From Halobacteriovoraceae bacterium (GTDB lineage: Bacteria; Bdellovibrionota; Bacteriovoracia; Bacteriovoracales; Bacteriovoracaceae), in assembly GCA_963719505.1 (NCBI GenBank), contig CAVRCF010000005.1, positions 32,001 to 96,000 of the forward strand: DNA of 64,000 nt. Direction: 5' to 3'. Position 1 is the first letter of the stretch, and every line of letters starts with the position of its first letter. The notes beneath the pieces are model-generated. The model was not told the origin of the DNA, did not search any database, and saw nothing but the letters and a program-made list of their open reading frames with translations. This document shows, piece after piece, positions 10,462 through 20,830 of the stretch. The position numbers were made by a program, and so were the translations under genes.

Positions 10462-11721
10462 GTGATTTATTTAGAATCAACCAATAGTATTACAAGTTTT
10501 GAGAAGGGACCTATTCGTAGGTCTCTTTTTAGTAATGGCGCGGTCTCTTTGTTTCATAAAATGAAAGGAAGAAAAGTTGCCGTGGTTAATTTGTATTTCT
10601 TGGCGGGCTCTATTTTTGAAAAAGAAAAAGAATACGGAATTGCACATGTTCTCGAACATATGCTTTTTAAAGAAAGTGCCAGCTCAAATATTGTTAGAGA
10701 GCTGGAGTTTCTTGGCGCTGAAATCAATGCTTACACCTCTAAAGAATTCATCTGTTTTGAACTCAGTTGTATATCCTCAAAGCTTCATCTTTTTTTAGAA
10801 AAATTTCTTATCCTCTTTTTAAATCCCAGCTTCAATCTCAAAGAACTAACTCTTGAGAAAAAGGTTATTGTTCAAGAGTTAAAAGAAGATAAAGATGATC
10901 ATGAAACTGAAGCCATTGAATATATGTATGCTAAAAATTTTAAAGATGATCTTGGGCATTCCGTTGGAGGTTCGATAAAAAATGTTAAGAAATTTAAAAA
11001 AGAAGATGTTCTCTCTTTTTATAATAGATTTTTTACATCTAATCGAATGGTGCTGTCTGTAGTCTCTGGAAAAGATTTTGATTCGTTAGAAGAAATTTGC
11101 GCTAAGACATTTAAGGCTTCAAGAAAGAAAAAACATTTTAGACTCGGTCAAAGCAATCGTTTTGGAAAGCTCACTCATTTTAAATCAAAACTTAAAAGAT
11201 CAATGGAAAATACTATTCTTATGCTTTCATTTGATGGCGTTAGTTTAGAGTCTCGTTACTATTACGATTTGATGGTTTTAGATGAGCTTCTTTTTGAAGG
11301 ACTTTCATCAAAGTTTTTTGAATTACTAAGAGAGAAACTCGGTCTTATCTATTCTCTAGGCTCCTCTATTAATAGTTATGTAAAAACGGGAAGCTATGTC
11401 ATGGTTTTTAATACCAGTAAGAGCAATGTTTCGGAATTAAAACTTTCAGTTTTAGCTTTGCTTGATCATTACTGTGACAACCTTTTTGATGATGTTGAGA
11501 TCAACGGAATAAAAAGTCGAATTAAAGAGGGATGGGAGATTTCATTTGATGACCCCGTTGGAAGATGTGAGTACATGGCCTTAGAGGAATTGTATGGGAC
11601 CCACAATTATTCCATCAAATCTATGATTGAAAAATTACAACAAGTTGATGCTAAATCAATAAATAAACTTCTAAAAAGATTAATCAAAAATGGGCACAGC
11701 GAACTTATTGTTGGTCCCTAA
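10462..11721 (+). CDS. M16 family (pitrilysin/insulinase-like) zinc peptidase
   Basis: GIAHVLEHMLFK (HxxEH), INAYTSKE, SSKFFELLREKLGLIYS; usual position after pnp. Confidence 0.88.
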   Translation: MIYLESTNSITSFEKGPIRRSLFSNGAVSLFHKMKGRKVAVVNLYFLAGSIFEKEKEYGIAHVLEHMLFKESASSNIVRELEFLGAEINAYTSKEFICFELSCISSKLHLFLEKFLILFLNPSFNLKELTLEKKVIVQELKEDKDDHETEAIEYMYAKNFKDDLGHSVGGSIKNVKKFKKEDVLSFYNRFFTSNRMVLSVVSGKDFDSLEEICAKTFKASRKKKHFRLGQSNRFGKLTHFKSKLKRSMENTILMLSFDGVSLESRYYYDLMVLDELLFEGLSSKFFELLREKLGLIYSLGSSINSYVKTGSYVMVFNTSKSNVSELKLSVLALLDHYCDNLFDDVEINGIKSRIKEGWEISFDDPVGRCEYMALEELYGTHNYSIKSMIEKLQQVDAKSINKLLKRLIKNGHSELIVGP

Positions 11722-11732
11722 AAAAGGATAAT

Positions 11733-12188
11733 ATGAGTACCTTAAAAATTAAATTATTAGAAAACTTTGATAAAGAGTTAGCGCTACCAAAATATGAGAC
11801 GGCACAGGCCGCTGGGGCTGACCTGCGAGCCTGTCTAGTGGATGAGGAGCCTTATGTGATAAGACCTGGTCAAAGAGTTTTGATACCCACAGGTTTAGCT
11901 TTCGAAATAGAGCCTGGATATGAAGTTCAAATTAGACCTCGCTCTGGCCTCTCTTTAAAGACGGGATTATTGGTTGTGAATTCACCTGGAACTATTGATG
12001 CTGATTATAGAGGTGAGGTTAATATTATTTTAGGGAATATGGGACAGCTTGATGAGGTGATAAATCACGGCGATAGAATTGCTCAGATGGTCCTCATGCC
12101 TATTACTCAGGCCAATTTTGAAATTGTGGATAGACTTACAAACACAGATAGAGGTGCTGGTGGATTTGGTTCTACTGGTCGCTCATAA
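11733..12188 (+). CDS. dut: dUTP diphosphatase
   Basis: AAGADLRA, QIRPRSGL, NSPGTIDADYRGE, GDRIAQMV, RGAGGFGSTG. Confidence 0.97.
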   Translation: MSTLKIKLLENFDKELALPKYETAQAAGADLRACLVDEEPYVIRPGQRVLIPTGLAFEIEPGYEVQIRPRSGLSLKTGLLVVNSPGTIDADYRGEVNIILGNMGQLDEVINHGDRIAQMVLMPITQANFEIVDRLTNTDRGAGGFGSTGRS

Positions 12189-12213
12189 ATAATATATATT
12201 TAAAGGAGATAGG

Positions 12214-12498
12214 ATGAGTATAGAAGTCAAATACGACAAGTGTAGTAACGCACAAGAGGCGTGGACAGCTGTTAAGGGGCATATAACACCTGAGCTGATT
12301 GAAAAGTTTAAAGTAAAAGCACAAATCGACTATGTTGAAGCCAAAAAACAAATAAATGCCAAAGGTAAAGGGTTTGAATTAAATATCGACCTTCTTGACG
12401 ATAGAGCGAAAGCTGAGATAAAGCTCTCTCTATTACTAAAACCACTTAAAGGTAAGGTTCTGGAAGGGATCGAAAAACAGCTCAAAAGAGTGGTCTAA
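12214..12498 (+). CDS. small hypothetical protein (resembles PHA-granule-region family fold)
   Basis: 94 aa with AGGAG RBS; the pattern GKGF...LSLLLKPLKGKVLEGIEKQL is only suggestive. Confidence 0.55.
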   Translation: MSIEVKYDKCSNAQEAWTAVKGHITPELIEKFKVKAQIDYVEAKKQINAKGKGFELNIDLLDDRAKAEIKLSLLLKPLKGKVLEGIEKQLKRVV

Positions 12499-12513
12499 AA
12501 GGACAATTTTAAC

Positions 12514-12972
12514 ATGCATAATATTACTGTTTGGCCAAGTGGCGCTGTTATTGCGATGAATGAGAAAGATTCCGTTTTTCAACAACTAAAAGAAGCGGGT
12601 ATTGCTGTGAAGTCTACCTGTGGAGGATGTGCAAGTTGTGGCCAGTGCACAGTCGTTATAAAAACCGGTGAAGAGAATCTCAACGAGCCAAGCTTTGAAG
12701 AGAAACAACTTATTGGAAATGTTTTTCATATCACTAAAGAGAGACTCTCGTGCCAAACTTTCGTCTCTGGTGCTGTCACGGTTGATGTCTCTGCCCACAA
12801 AGACGAGCCCAAAATAACCAAGACAAAAGCGGTGAGACGAACTCGAGAGGAAGCGGATAAAGTCTTAGCTGATAGACGCGAAGCTGGAGTTGAAAAAAGA
12901 AAAACAAAAGTTCACAAACTTGGCGGTGGTAAGAAACCTAAGCCTTTTAATTTTTCAAATGACGAAGACTAA
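12514..12972 (+). CDS. 2Fe-2S ferredoxin-domain protein with charged C-terminal tail
   Basis: CGGCASCGQC...RLSCQ cysteine pattern. Confidence 0.85.
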   Translation: MHNITVWPSGAVIAMNEKDSVFQQLKEAGIAVKSTCGGCASCGQCTVVIKTGEENLNEPSFEEKQLIGNVFHITKERLSCQTFVSGAVTVDVSAHKDEPKITKTKAVRRTREEADKVLADRREAGVEKRKTKVHKLGGGKKPKPFNFSNDED

Positions 12973-13004
12973 AATAAAAACTAAAAATAAAGGTGGAAAG
13001 TAAA

Positions 13005-14381
13005 ATGGAAATGGCCCCAGTAAATAATAAATATCCAAGCGGAATAAAATATATCGTATGGAACGAAGCTGCTGAGAGATATAGTTACTATGGGATGAGA
13101 TCCATTCTTGTCATCTTTTTAACTCAATACTTGATGATAAAAGATAATGTGGCCATTGCCGATTATCATTTATTTGCAGGACTCTGCTACCTCTTTCCTG
13201 TTGTTGGGGGCTATCTGTCAGATAGATTCCTTGGGAAGTATAAAACAATTCTTTGGCTTTCAATTGTCTACTGTATCGGCCACCTATTTCTAGCGGTATT
13301 CGAACACAGTTATAATGGTTTCTACATCGGTCTTATGCTTATTGCAGTTGGTTCAGGTGGAATTAAACCGTGTGTCTCTGCCCATGTTGGTGATCAGTTT
13401 AAGCCTGATCAAAAGCACCTGTTGAGAAAAGTTTTCGACCTTTTCTATTTTATGATCAATTTTGGATCTTTCTTTTCAACAATGATTACTCCTTGGACGC
13501 TTGAGCACTACGGACCAGCTTTGGCTTTTGGTATCCCTGGTGTTCTGATGGCCGTAGCGACTTTTATTTTTTGGCTTGGAAGAAATGAATTTGTTCATAT
13601 TCCACCATCTGGTAAACAAGCCCATGGTACTGGTGCTGTTTTAATAAGTGCTGTAAAAAACTTTGGTGCTAGAGGAGACGAAGGTCTTCTTGGTGGCGCT
13701 TTAAAAGATCATCCCGTTGAGGCCGTCAATGATGTGAGAGCCGCTATGGGTGTTATCAAAATCTTCGCAGGTATATCAGTTTTTTGGGCGCTTTTTGATC
13801 AACATGGCTCAAGTTGGGTTCTTCAGGCCAAAGAGATGAATCTTAATGTTGATGTTTTAGGTTGGCAAGGAACTCTTCTTCCATCTCAAATTCCAGCTTT
13901 AAATCCGATCATGGTTATGATTCTTATTCCATTATTTTCTTTTGTTGTTTACCCAGGTATTCATAAAGTTTTTGGCTACGAGATGACTCCACTTCGAAAA
14001 ATGGGTTGGGGGATGTTTGTTGCAGCTTCGAGTTTTGTTTTTGTCGCTGTCTACCAATCATTTTTAGATGATGGCCAAAAGATTTCCGTTTTATGGCAAG
14101 TGATTCCCTTTTTAATTATTACAATGGCCGAAGTTATGGTCTCTATTACAGGTCTTGAATTTGCTTATACGCAGGCGCCAAGAAGTATGAAGTCCACCAT
14201 TATGAGTATGTTTCTTCTGACTGTCTTTTTTGGAAATATGATCACGGCCTATATCTCACAGATAAATGTTTTTGATGGTCCGGCATTTTTTATGTTCTTT
14301 GCCATTTTGATGGCCGCTTTTGGATTTTTCTTCGCCTATATGGCAAAAAATTACGAGATGAAAGACTATATGGAAAGCTAA
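13005..14381 (+). CDS. POT/PTR family proton-dependent oligopeptide transporter
   Basis: EAAERYSYYGM (ExxERFxYY), GSGGIKPCVSAHVGDQF, FYFMINFGS, GLEFAYTQAP. Confidence 0.92.
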   Translation: MEMAPVNNKYPSGIKYIVWNEAAERYSYYGMRSILVIFLTQYLMIKDNVAIADYHLFAGLCYLFPVVGGYLSDRFLGKYKTILWLSIVYCIGHLFLAVFEHSYNGFYIGLMLIAVGSGGIKPCVSAHVGDQFKPDQKHLLRKVFDLFYFMINFGSFFSTMITPWTLEHYGPALAFGIPGVLMAVATFIFWLGRNEFVHIPPSGKQAHGTGAVLISAVKNFGARGDEGLLGGALKDHPVEAVNDVRAAMGVIKIFAGISVFWALFDQHGSSWVLQAKEMNLNVDVLGWQGTLLPSQIPALNPIMVMILIPLFSFVVYPGIHKVFGYEMTPLRKMGWGMFVAASSFVFVAVYQSFLDDGQKISVLWQVIPFLIITMAEVMVSITGLEFAYTQAPRSMKSTIMSMFLLTVFFGNMITAYISQINVFDGPAFFMFFAILMAAFGFFFAYMAKNYEMKDYMES

Positions 14382-14398
14382 ATACCTACCTTTTGAAA

Positions 14399-14423
14399 TT
14401 GGGTCTATAGTTTATAGGCCCAA
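14399..14423 (+). terminator. hairpin after POT gene
   Basis: TTGGGTCTATA-GTT-TATAGGCCCAA. Confidence 0.6.
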
Positions 14424-14543
14424 AATACCTTATTTTATTGGCATCCTCATAAACCATCTTCCACCAAACAATCGTCTTTTCAGGCACTTATATTAATAAA
14501 TGGATCTTAATCCATACTTACCTTGTTAAGTATTAAAATAAAT

Positions 14544-14570
14544 TAAAATCTTTTACTCAGATGTCGATAG
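14544..14570 (+). promoter_or_regulatory. putative sigma-28 (FliA) promoter
   Basis: TAAA-N15-GTCGATAG, 31 nt upstream of the lipoprotein ATG at 14602. Confidence 0.55.
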
Positions 14571-14601
14571 GTAGATGGGATTTAATTTAAGGTTGGAATT
14601 T

Positions 14602-16512
14602 ATGAGAAGACAAAAATTACATTTACTACTTTTATCACTGATGGTTATCTCAGTTAGTTCCTGTACAGAGGAAATTTCAGAGAAGCTCAAAGCAGCTGCG
14701 GCAGATGAAGCCAGCTCTGGTTCGAGTACAAACTTTACAGGTGAAGTTTTTAAGGTTACCTCCACCAACGGTGAAGGATTTTCTCATTTCTTACACCTTG
14801 AAGGTGACTCAAAAAAACCTTGTGAAATTAAAGCGCCAGCGACGGGCTGGAAAGCAGAAGATTATTCTAAAAACTCAGCTTTCGCTATTGATTGTGTTCT
14901 CGACGTAGAGGAGTTAGATCTCTATAGAAATGGAGCAGAATTACAATTTGATGCTGGAGCAGGTCTTTGTGAATACGTTAGCTACACTCCTTTAAGGTTT
15001 GCTCAATTTCAGCCGGGAAGCTCTACAAAAACTCAATACACAGTTGGGTGTGATAGTGTTTGCGGCGAAATCAATAGTGATTTTTGTGGAAACTTAGACA
15101 CTAAAACTTATAAATCATATACCGGTGCAACGACATATATTTCAAACTTGGGACTTAACGGGCTTGTGTCCGGTGAATTTTCGGTTGCACAAAAATGTAC
15201 ATTTGATTACTCGAATCCATTACCAGGAGTCGACGCAGGTCCAAACTGCGATAACGGAAGTATCAAAACCTATCCTCTAGAGATAAAAAGTTATGAGAAT
15301 ACTTGGTGTGATGGTGGAGATATAAATCTTCGAGGAAGGACTTCTGAGTCAGATTGTACTGAGGCTGGTGTTTGGACTGTTGGTGAATGTTCCGATACAA
15401 ATTTTCCTGATCAAACTTCTTGTGAGGCTGCTACAGAAACTTGGGATCCTAGTGCTACTGATTGTAGTGTTGCGGGAAGAGGTACTGAAGCTCTTTGTAC
15501 TGCATCTGGAGCTTGGAAGGCTTTCGATTGTCGACTCTCAGATAATAGAGCAGGTATCGTTCAAAAAGAAGAAATTGAAAATGAATGTGGCGGAGATACG
15601 AATTCATGTTTTGAAGGTCCGGGTACTGAATTTGGAGAAGAATTCACAGGACTAATTTGGAATAACGATTCAGTGAATGCTTTTTCTCAAGAAGTTTCAA
15701 TCAATGCTCCATTTGATCTTGGGAGACCATCAAATAGATATGCGGCAAGTTACTCAAGAGCTTGTGTGAATGATTCAGCAAAAGGTGCAGGTGTCTTCGC
15801 TTCAAACTCTGTTCCATTTCTAGGGCATAGAATGGAGGAGTTACCAACCTTTGATAGATATGATGCGGTAGCAGTTGATGAAGACAATAATGGAGTTGAT
15901 GACTACCTCGTTTATGGTGATCATCCATTTATGTCGGTTGTCTCTGATCGATCCAGACCACGTTATGCCACGAAACCATATTACTCTGTAAGCTGTCTGG
16001 ATCAGTCTCGAGATGTTAAAGTACAAATTAGAGTACACGTGCGAGAGTGGGATAGAGCTTTCTTAAAGACTTTTGATTTTATTAATAAAGTTTCAGATAT
16101 AGATCGTGCTTCAACGCTAGATCGTTATATCGATAATAATGAACTTCACGACGGGGATGAAGAGTGGAATGATAGAAGTGACTGGGATGATTTTTACGAT
16201 AGCTCTTCACTTTTCCCTACAAACGACTGTCGAACCCTTGATGCGACGAGAGTTCCTGGAGCTGGAAGTTGTATTGCACCATTTGCAGCAACTTATTTTA
16301 ATAAAAAAGACTGTCAAGATAATGTCCCTAGGTGTCCATTAAACTCAGCAATTACAAAGAGAATTGAATGTGGAACTTGTAACCTAGCTTTTCCAAATCC
16401 TTATGACTGTACCAGTAATGGAGGAATTTGGACTTTGGATGCTGGCTGGGTTAACAATCCTTGGCTAAGTGATGATGAGTCAAAAAGTAACTTTCCAAAC
16501 TACGCCAAATAA
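14602..16512 (+). CDS. large cysteine-rich lipoprotein with C-x3-G/T-x-W repeats
   Basis: Lipobox-like ISVSSC; repeats DCTEAGVWT, SCEAATETWD, LCTASGAWK, DCTSNGGIWT; DEDNNGVDD Ca-loop-like segment. Confidence 0.7.
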   Translation: MRRQKLHLLLLSLMVISVSSCTEEISEKLKAAAADEASSGSSTNFTGEVFKVTSTNGEGFSHFLHLEGDSKKPCEIKAPATGWKAEDYSKNSAFAIDCVLDVEELDLYRNGAELQFDAGAGLCEYVSYTPLRFAQFQPGSSTKTQYTVGCDSVCGEINSDFCGNLDTKTYKSYTGATTYISNLGLNGLVSGEFSVAQKCTFDYSNPLPGVDAGPNCDNGSIKTYPLEIKSYENTWCDGGDINLRGRTSESDCTEAGVWTVGECSDTNFPDQTSCEAATETWDPSATDCSVAGRGTEALCTASGAWKAFDCRLSDNRAGIVQKEEIENECGGDTNSCFEGPGTEFGEEFTGLIWNNDSVNAFSQEVSINAPFDLGRPSNRYAASYSRACVNDSAKGAGVFASNSVPFLGHRMEELPTFDRYDAVAVDEDNNGVDDYLVYGDHPFMSVVSDRSRPRYATKPYYSVSCLDQSRDVKVQIRVHVREWDRAFLKTFDFINKVSDIDRASTLDRYIDNNELHDGDEEWNDRSDWDDFYDSSSLFPTNDCRTLDATRVPGAGSCIAPFAATYFNKKDCQDNVPRCPLNSAITKRIECGTCNLAFPNPYDCTSNGGIWTLDAGWVNNPWLSDDESKSNFPNYAK

Positions 16513-16526
16513 AAAGCCTTTAAATA

Positions 16527-16561
16527 TTTTCCTCTGGTGTTAAACTAATACCAGGGGAAAA
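16527..16561. terminator. inverted repeat / terminator
   Basis: TTTTCCTCTGGTGTTA-AAC-TAATACCAGGGGAAAA. Confidence 0.6.
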
Positions 16562-16566
16562 TTCTA

Positions 16567-17400
16567 TTGAATAAAATATTAATCATACTTTTATTGTCAA
16601 CTTCTTTGCACGCTGCCCAGTGGGCGACGGTAACCGTTGAAAAAGCTATCGTCTATTCAGATACTGAGATGACTTCTCCTATTGGTTATATAAAAAAAGG
16701 AAAGAGAATTCGCGTTGGAAGTAAATCTAGACGTGGTGGAAGACTCTATCCAATGGTGATTAAAAAAAGAATAGCGTATATAAAAGTTGATAGCGTATCC
16801 ACGAGCAATAAATTGGTTGATCTCCAATCAGCTTCTGCCAGAATAAAAAAAGCCGAAGTTCAAACTGATGAAAAAAGAGTTGGGCTCTTCTACTCTGGTT
16901 ATGCCTCATTTATTGGTATCGATCAGGAGTCTTCCTTTTCAAACGATACCTACTCAGATGATGTCTTTTATTTTAACGGTTTTGGTCTTCGTGGCTACCT
17001 AAGTAAGCAAAACTCTAGAACCACTTGGAGAGTAAGTCTTGAAAGTAGCTCGACTTCAACCCTAAAAAATGAGCTTTATTTTTTGGGTCTCAGTGCTGAT
17101 TACGCTTTTGACCTGATCAAATTTGATAATTATGTTTTTAGAGGTTACGCAGGTTTGGAAGTTATTCCTTTTGCACAATACTCTTATGAGGACCTTTTTA
17201 CTGTTAATGGATACGGTGGGGGTGCTAGAGCGGGACTTGAGATGGAGGTAAAGTTTAAAAACAGCTTTGGTCTTCATGTTGATGGTGGTTATGGTTTTAA
17301 AAAGCTCTTTTTTAGTTTACCAGACTCAACAAATATCGATGAATTCAATCCAACTTTTAATGGCGTCGTGTTTTCGGCTTCTATCAGTTATGCCTACTAA
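16567..17400 (+). CDS. outer-membrane beta-barrel protein with N-terminal SH3b-like domain
   Basis: Signal peptide; AIVYSD...PIGYIKKGKRIRV SH3-like segment; amphipathic strands ending SASISYAY. Confidence 0.6.
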   Translation: MNKILIILLLSTSLHAAQWATVTVEKAIVYSDTEMTSPIGYIKKGKRIRVGSKSRRGGRLYPMVIKKRIAYIKVDSVSTSNKLVDLQSASARIKKAEVQTDEKRVGLFYSGYASFIGIDQESSFSNDTYSDDVFYFNGFGLRGYLSKQNSRTTWRVSLESSSTSTLKNELYFLGLSADYAFDLIKFDNYVFRGYAGLEVIPFAQYSYEDLFTVNGYGGGARAGLEMEVKFKNSFGLHVDGGYGFKKLFFSLPDSTNIDEFNPTFNGVVFSASISYAY

Positions 17401-19019
17401 GCATAGATATAAATAATATCTAGTATTTCAATTCTTGGAACAATGAGTTTTCTGACAAATTTGATGGCCAGAGGTTTCATTTTCATCTCTTTTACAAAAA
17501 TCTCTTTAAGATTTTCATTTTTAATTGAGCCTTGTAAATCTGTATTTTCTCCAAAACCTAAAATTTTTGAAAGCCTTGCAAGAAATAAAATGCGATGGTC
17601 TTCGAGATAGGGAGGAAGTTTTCCTTTTAACGAGACAAACTCTTCGTAGACGTAGGACATATCTTTTGAAGAATCTTCGTACATGTACTGCCAGACATTA
17701 AAATAAAATTTTGCAATATAGACTTCTGGATATCCTTGAAGTTTTACAATGGCCATTTGTAGGCAGTGATAAGCTTTCTCGGTCAGACCTGAGTCCATGG
17801 CCGTCTGGGACTTAGCAATGAATTCAATTCCTTGCACATAAGAGGTCTCGTTGGGCTTTTTACCTGAGACTAATTTTTGAGTTGGATTTTTAATTATATT
17901 TTCAAAGTGAATGTATTCGTTTTTAAAAATTTTAGGACTCGGTCCCGGTATATAGAGGCTTGAAAAATCAAATGATGAGAAGGCAATGGCTTGAATAGAG
18001 CTTGGAGTAAGGGAGCTGAGCTTCCAACTTTTGGCATCTTTGACTTTCTTTATTTTTACTTGGGTAAGAGTCTTAAGAACTTCTAGCTTTAAATCTGGGG
18101 CATCGTAGTCAAACGATTTCATTCTATTGAAGACAAAGTCTTTTCTCATTAAACACTGATCTTTATTACCAAAGGGTTGGAGCTTTTGATCTTCAATTGA
18201 GGTTATAAGGGGGCGATTATTAAAATAGAGAAATTTATTTTCCTGCAAATTAAATTTTTCAGAGTAGACTTCGGATCCTCTAATATCAAAACTTGCCACC
18301 TCTCCGTTGGCGTCGCTGCAGTTGATTCCCCAATGGGCCATTGATGGATTTTGCTTGAGGTATTTTTTTACTTCACTGATATTGGTGCAATAGGAACTCA
18401 ACTGATACATAAGAGAAAAAATTGATTGTCCTGTGATATCGAAGTAGTCACCGTGTTTATAGTGAAGGGCCAGTGTTAATCCTCTTTCATTCATTGTCGA
18501 AAGCGAAGGAAAAGGCATTCCGACTGTGGAATATGAAAAAGATTGAAGCCTCTTTGAAAAATTATAATGAATAGCTCTTTCGTAATCCTCAAATGGACCG
18601 GCCAGTGAATAGTCGAGAACTCTTCCATGGATAGGAGCTTTATTTTTTCCATCCCAGACAAAAAGGGATGAGCAGCCAGGGATAATACTCAAAAGGTGAG
18701 GCATCCATTTATTAAATGAAGCCACCATCTCTGGCAATAAGAAGGTGAAAAGAACATCTGAGTATGGCTTTTCTAAACCCTCAGCATAAGCTCTAAGTTC
18801 TGGTTCAAGCTTTAAAGAGCCCTTTTTTATATAATTGGTTGAGACTTCCGTAATTTTTTTTATAAGTTTTGCCGTGTACTCACTTCGCATACAAAGCTTA
18901 GTGATTTGGTCTTGTATCAAAATATACCCCTGGGCATCCTTTTTACCTAATGAGTAAAAGTTCTCCTCTGGATTACCGAATAGCTTTATAAGCGGCAGCT
19001 CTTTATTTTGATCTGTCAT
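17397..19019 (-). CDS. C45 family Ntn-hydrolase peptidase / acyltransferase with helical C-terminus
   Basis: PG|CSSL autoproteolysis motif, HGRVLDY, MNERGLTLALH. Confidence 0.75.
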   Translation of the reverse strand: MTDQNKELPLIKLFGNPEENFYSLGKKDAQGYILIQDQITKLCMRSEYTAKLIKKITEVSTNYIKKGSLKLEPELRAYAEGLEKPYSDVLFTFLLPEMVASFNKWMPHLLSIIPGCSSLFVWDGKNKAPIHGRVLDYSLAGPFEDYERAIHYNFSKRLQSFSYSTVGMPFPSLSTMNERGLTLALHYKHGDYFDITGQSIFSLMYQLSSYCTNISEVKKYLKQNPSMAHWGINCSDANGEVASFDIRGSEVYSEKFNLQENKFLYFNNRPLITSIEDQKLQPFGNKDQCLMRKDFVFNRMKSFDYDAPDLKLEVLKTLTQVKIKKVKDAKSWKLSSLTPSSIQAIAFSSFDFSSLYIPGPSPKIFKNEYIHFENIIKNPTQKLVSGKKPNETSYVQGIEFIAKSQTAMDSGLTEKAYHCLQMAIVKLQGYPEVYIAKFYFNVWQYMYEDSSKDMSYVYEEFVSLKGKLPPYLEDHRILFLARLSKILGFGENTDLQGSIKNENLKEIFVKEMKMKPLAIKFVRKLIVPRIEILDIIYIYA

Positions 19020-19077
19020 GAATTGTATTTTATCTCATTTTGGCCAAATGAGATAGCTCAATAAGTAGGGAGAAGAA

Positions 19078-19290
19078 ATGCATGAATTTTTAGATGATCA
19101 ATTCTTTGTCTTTACTTGTTTGATTTTGTCAGTCTTTAGGGTCTATCTAGAGTTGATTAAATTTAACTTTAGATCCCTTCCGCTTTTTGCAAAACTTCCA
19201 GAACCAGTCGTTAGTAAATTTCATAAAACGGGACTATATTTATCAGTTGGTATGATTGTCTTATTCACACCTCAAGTGCTGTTCTATTAG
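19078..19290 (+). CDS. small 2-TM membrane protein
   Basis: 70 aa, GGGAG RBS, two hydrophobic segments. Confidence 0.6.
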   Translation: MHEFLDDQFFVFTCLILSVFRVYLELIKFNFRSLPLFAKLPEPVVSKFHKTGLYLSVGMIVLFTPQVLFY

Positions 19291-19568
19291 TATTTGATAG
19301 TAAAGCCATCAAATCTTTCTTCTCCGGCTTCTCCAAGAGTTTCTTCAATTTCGCGCACCTCTGAGTTGTTTGAGCCCTCTCTAGCATAGCGGCGCAGGTC
19401 TTTGAGCTGTTCAATAGTTCCCTGGGCGATAATTTCAACATTTCCATTGGGTTTATTCCAAATTGTGCCAGTCACCATATTCTGTTCTTGTTCAATTTGG
19501 CTTAAGATACTATGCCTATATCCAACACCTTGGACTCGTCCGTGAACTATTAAAATCATCTCAAGCAT
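19287..19568 (-). CDS. acyP: acylphosphatase
   Basis: VHGRVQGVGYR, GTIWNKPNGNVE, F-x-I-K-Y C-terminus. Confidence 0.9.
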   Translation of the reverse strand: MLEMILIVHGRVQGVGYRHSILSQIEQEQNMVTGTIWNKPNGNVEIIAQGTIEQLKDLRRYAREGSNNSEVREIEETLGEAGEERFDGFTIKY

Positions 19569-19633
19569 ATTTTATCCCTTTAAAACTTGTGTCCATCTCG
19601 ACACACGCAAGGATTTTATCATACAATAGTGTG

Positions 19634-20701
19634 ATGAAAAGACCATATCTAATGAGTTTTATGGCCATTGACTCCATAGGACAAATTTCTATTAAAACCA
19701 CCGTCACTGACTCAACTCGACCTCAGAGAGATTCACTGAATCCCCAAGCGACAAGTCCTATCCAGAGTATCGGATTTATGAAGAGCTCCGAGTTTAGGAT
19801 TAAAGTCGTGGGCATTTCTGATTCAAACGACGAAATATTTAATAAAGAGTATGACTCAGACTCCTATGGAAGCTTTGATATTAAAATCCCCAACATGATT
19901 TCAGGGCGACCAGTTAAAGCACTCCAAATTTATGAGACTTCTTATTATGATGGAATTCAGCTTTTGCTAGGATCGTTCCTTCCTTATCAAATAACAGAGC
20001 CCAAAAAAATTATTGTTTGCGACTTTGATAAAACTCTTGTGGATACAAAGTTTTCTTCGGCTAAGGAAGTTTATTATTCTTTGAGAACACCTCTGACGGA
20101 ATTTCCAAGTATTGAAGGTAGTATAGACCTTTTACGTCAGCATACAGATTTGGGGTATCAACCTTTTATTCTTTCTGCTTCACCGCACTTTTATGAAAGT
20201 GCCCTGCGAGACTGGTTTTATCAAAATAAAATTTATGCGGACAATATTCTTTTAAAAGATTATCGAACGATTTTCTCCTTTAAAGATGGACTGCTAACAA
20301 CTAAAGATATGAAAAATCAGGGCTTCTATAAACTAAACCAATTGGTCAATGTTCTTCTCATGACAGGTGTTCCAGATGAGTTGGTCTTAGTTGGAGATGG
20401 CTTTGAGTCAGATTCCTTTATTTATCTTTGTCTCTATAGTATTCTTGTGGATAGAACAGATCCTTGGGCCCTATGGAATAAAATTAAAAAAGAGAAATCC
20501 TTTAAACTTACAGGAAAACAAAACTCTCAGTTTCTTTCAAAGTTTTATCAGCTCTCTGAGCTTTCAAAGAAGAATCGCAATATAGAGATGAAGATCTATA
20601 TTAGAAGTAATAAAGATATTTTTGAAAAGGCCAAGAATCAGAGTTTCAAATTGAAGTTTATTGAAAAAAACAAATCCGTCATTCATCACTACCTGGCCTA
20701 G
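19634..20701 (+). CDS. App1/DUF2183-like HAD-fold phosphatase
   Basis: CDFDKT motif I, ILSASP, K, LVGDGFESD motif IV. Confidence 0.7.
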   Translation: MKRPYLMSFMAIDSIGQISIKTTVTDSTRPQRDSLNPQATSPIQSIGFMKSSEFRIKVVGISDSNDEIFNKEYDSDSYGSFDIKIPNMISGRPVKALQIYETSYYDGIQLLLGSFLPYQITEPKKIIVCDFDKTLVDTKFSSAKEVYYSLRTPLTEFPSIEGSIDLLRQHTDLGYQPFILSASPHFYESALRDWFYQNKIYADNILLKDYRTIFSFKDGLLTTKDMKNQGFYKLNQLVNVLLMTGVPDELVLVGDGFESDSFIYLCLYSILVDRTDPWALWNKIKKEKSFKLTGKQNSQFLSKFYQLSELSKKNRNIEMKIYIRSNKDIFEKAKNQSFKLKFIEKNKSVIHHYLA

Positions 20702-20830
20702 CTTCTCTCAGGGCTAAGGAGCAAAGATATGTAAAATCAAGGGATTAAGTCACTGTCAATAATCTATACACCCACCAGTATAAATTTCATCAATCCATAT
20801 TTTGCTCATATTAATTGATACCATTAAAAG

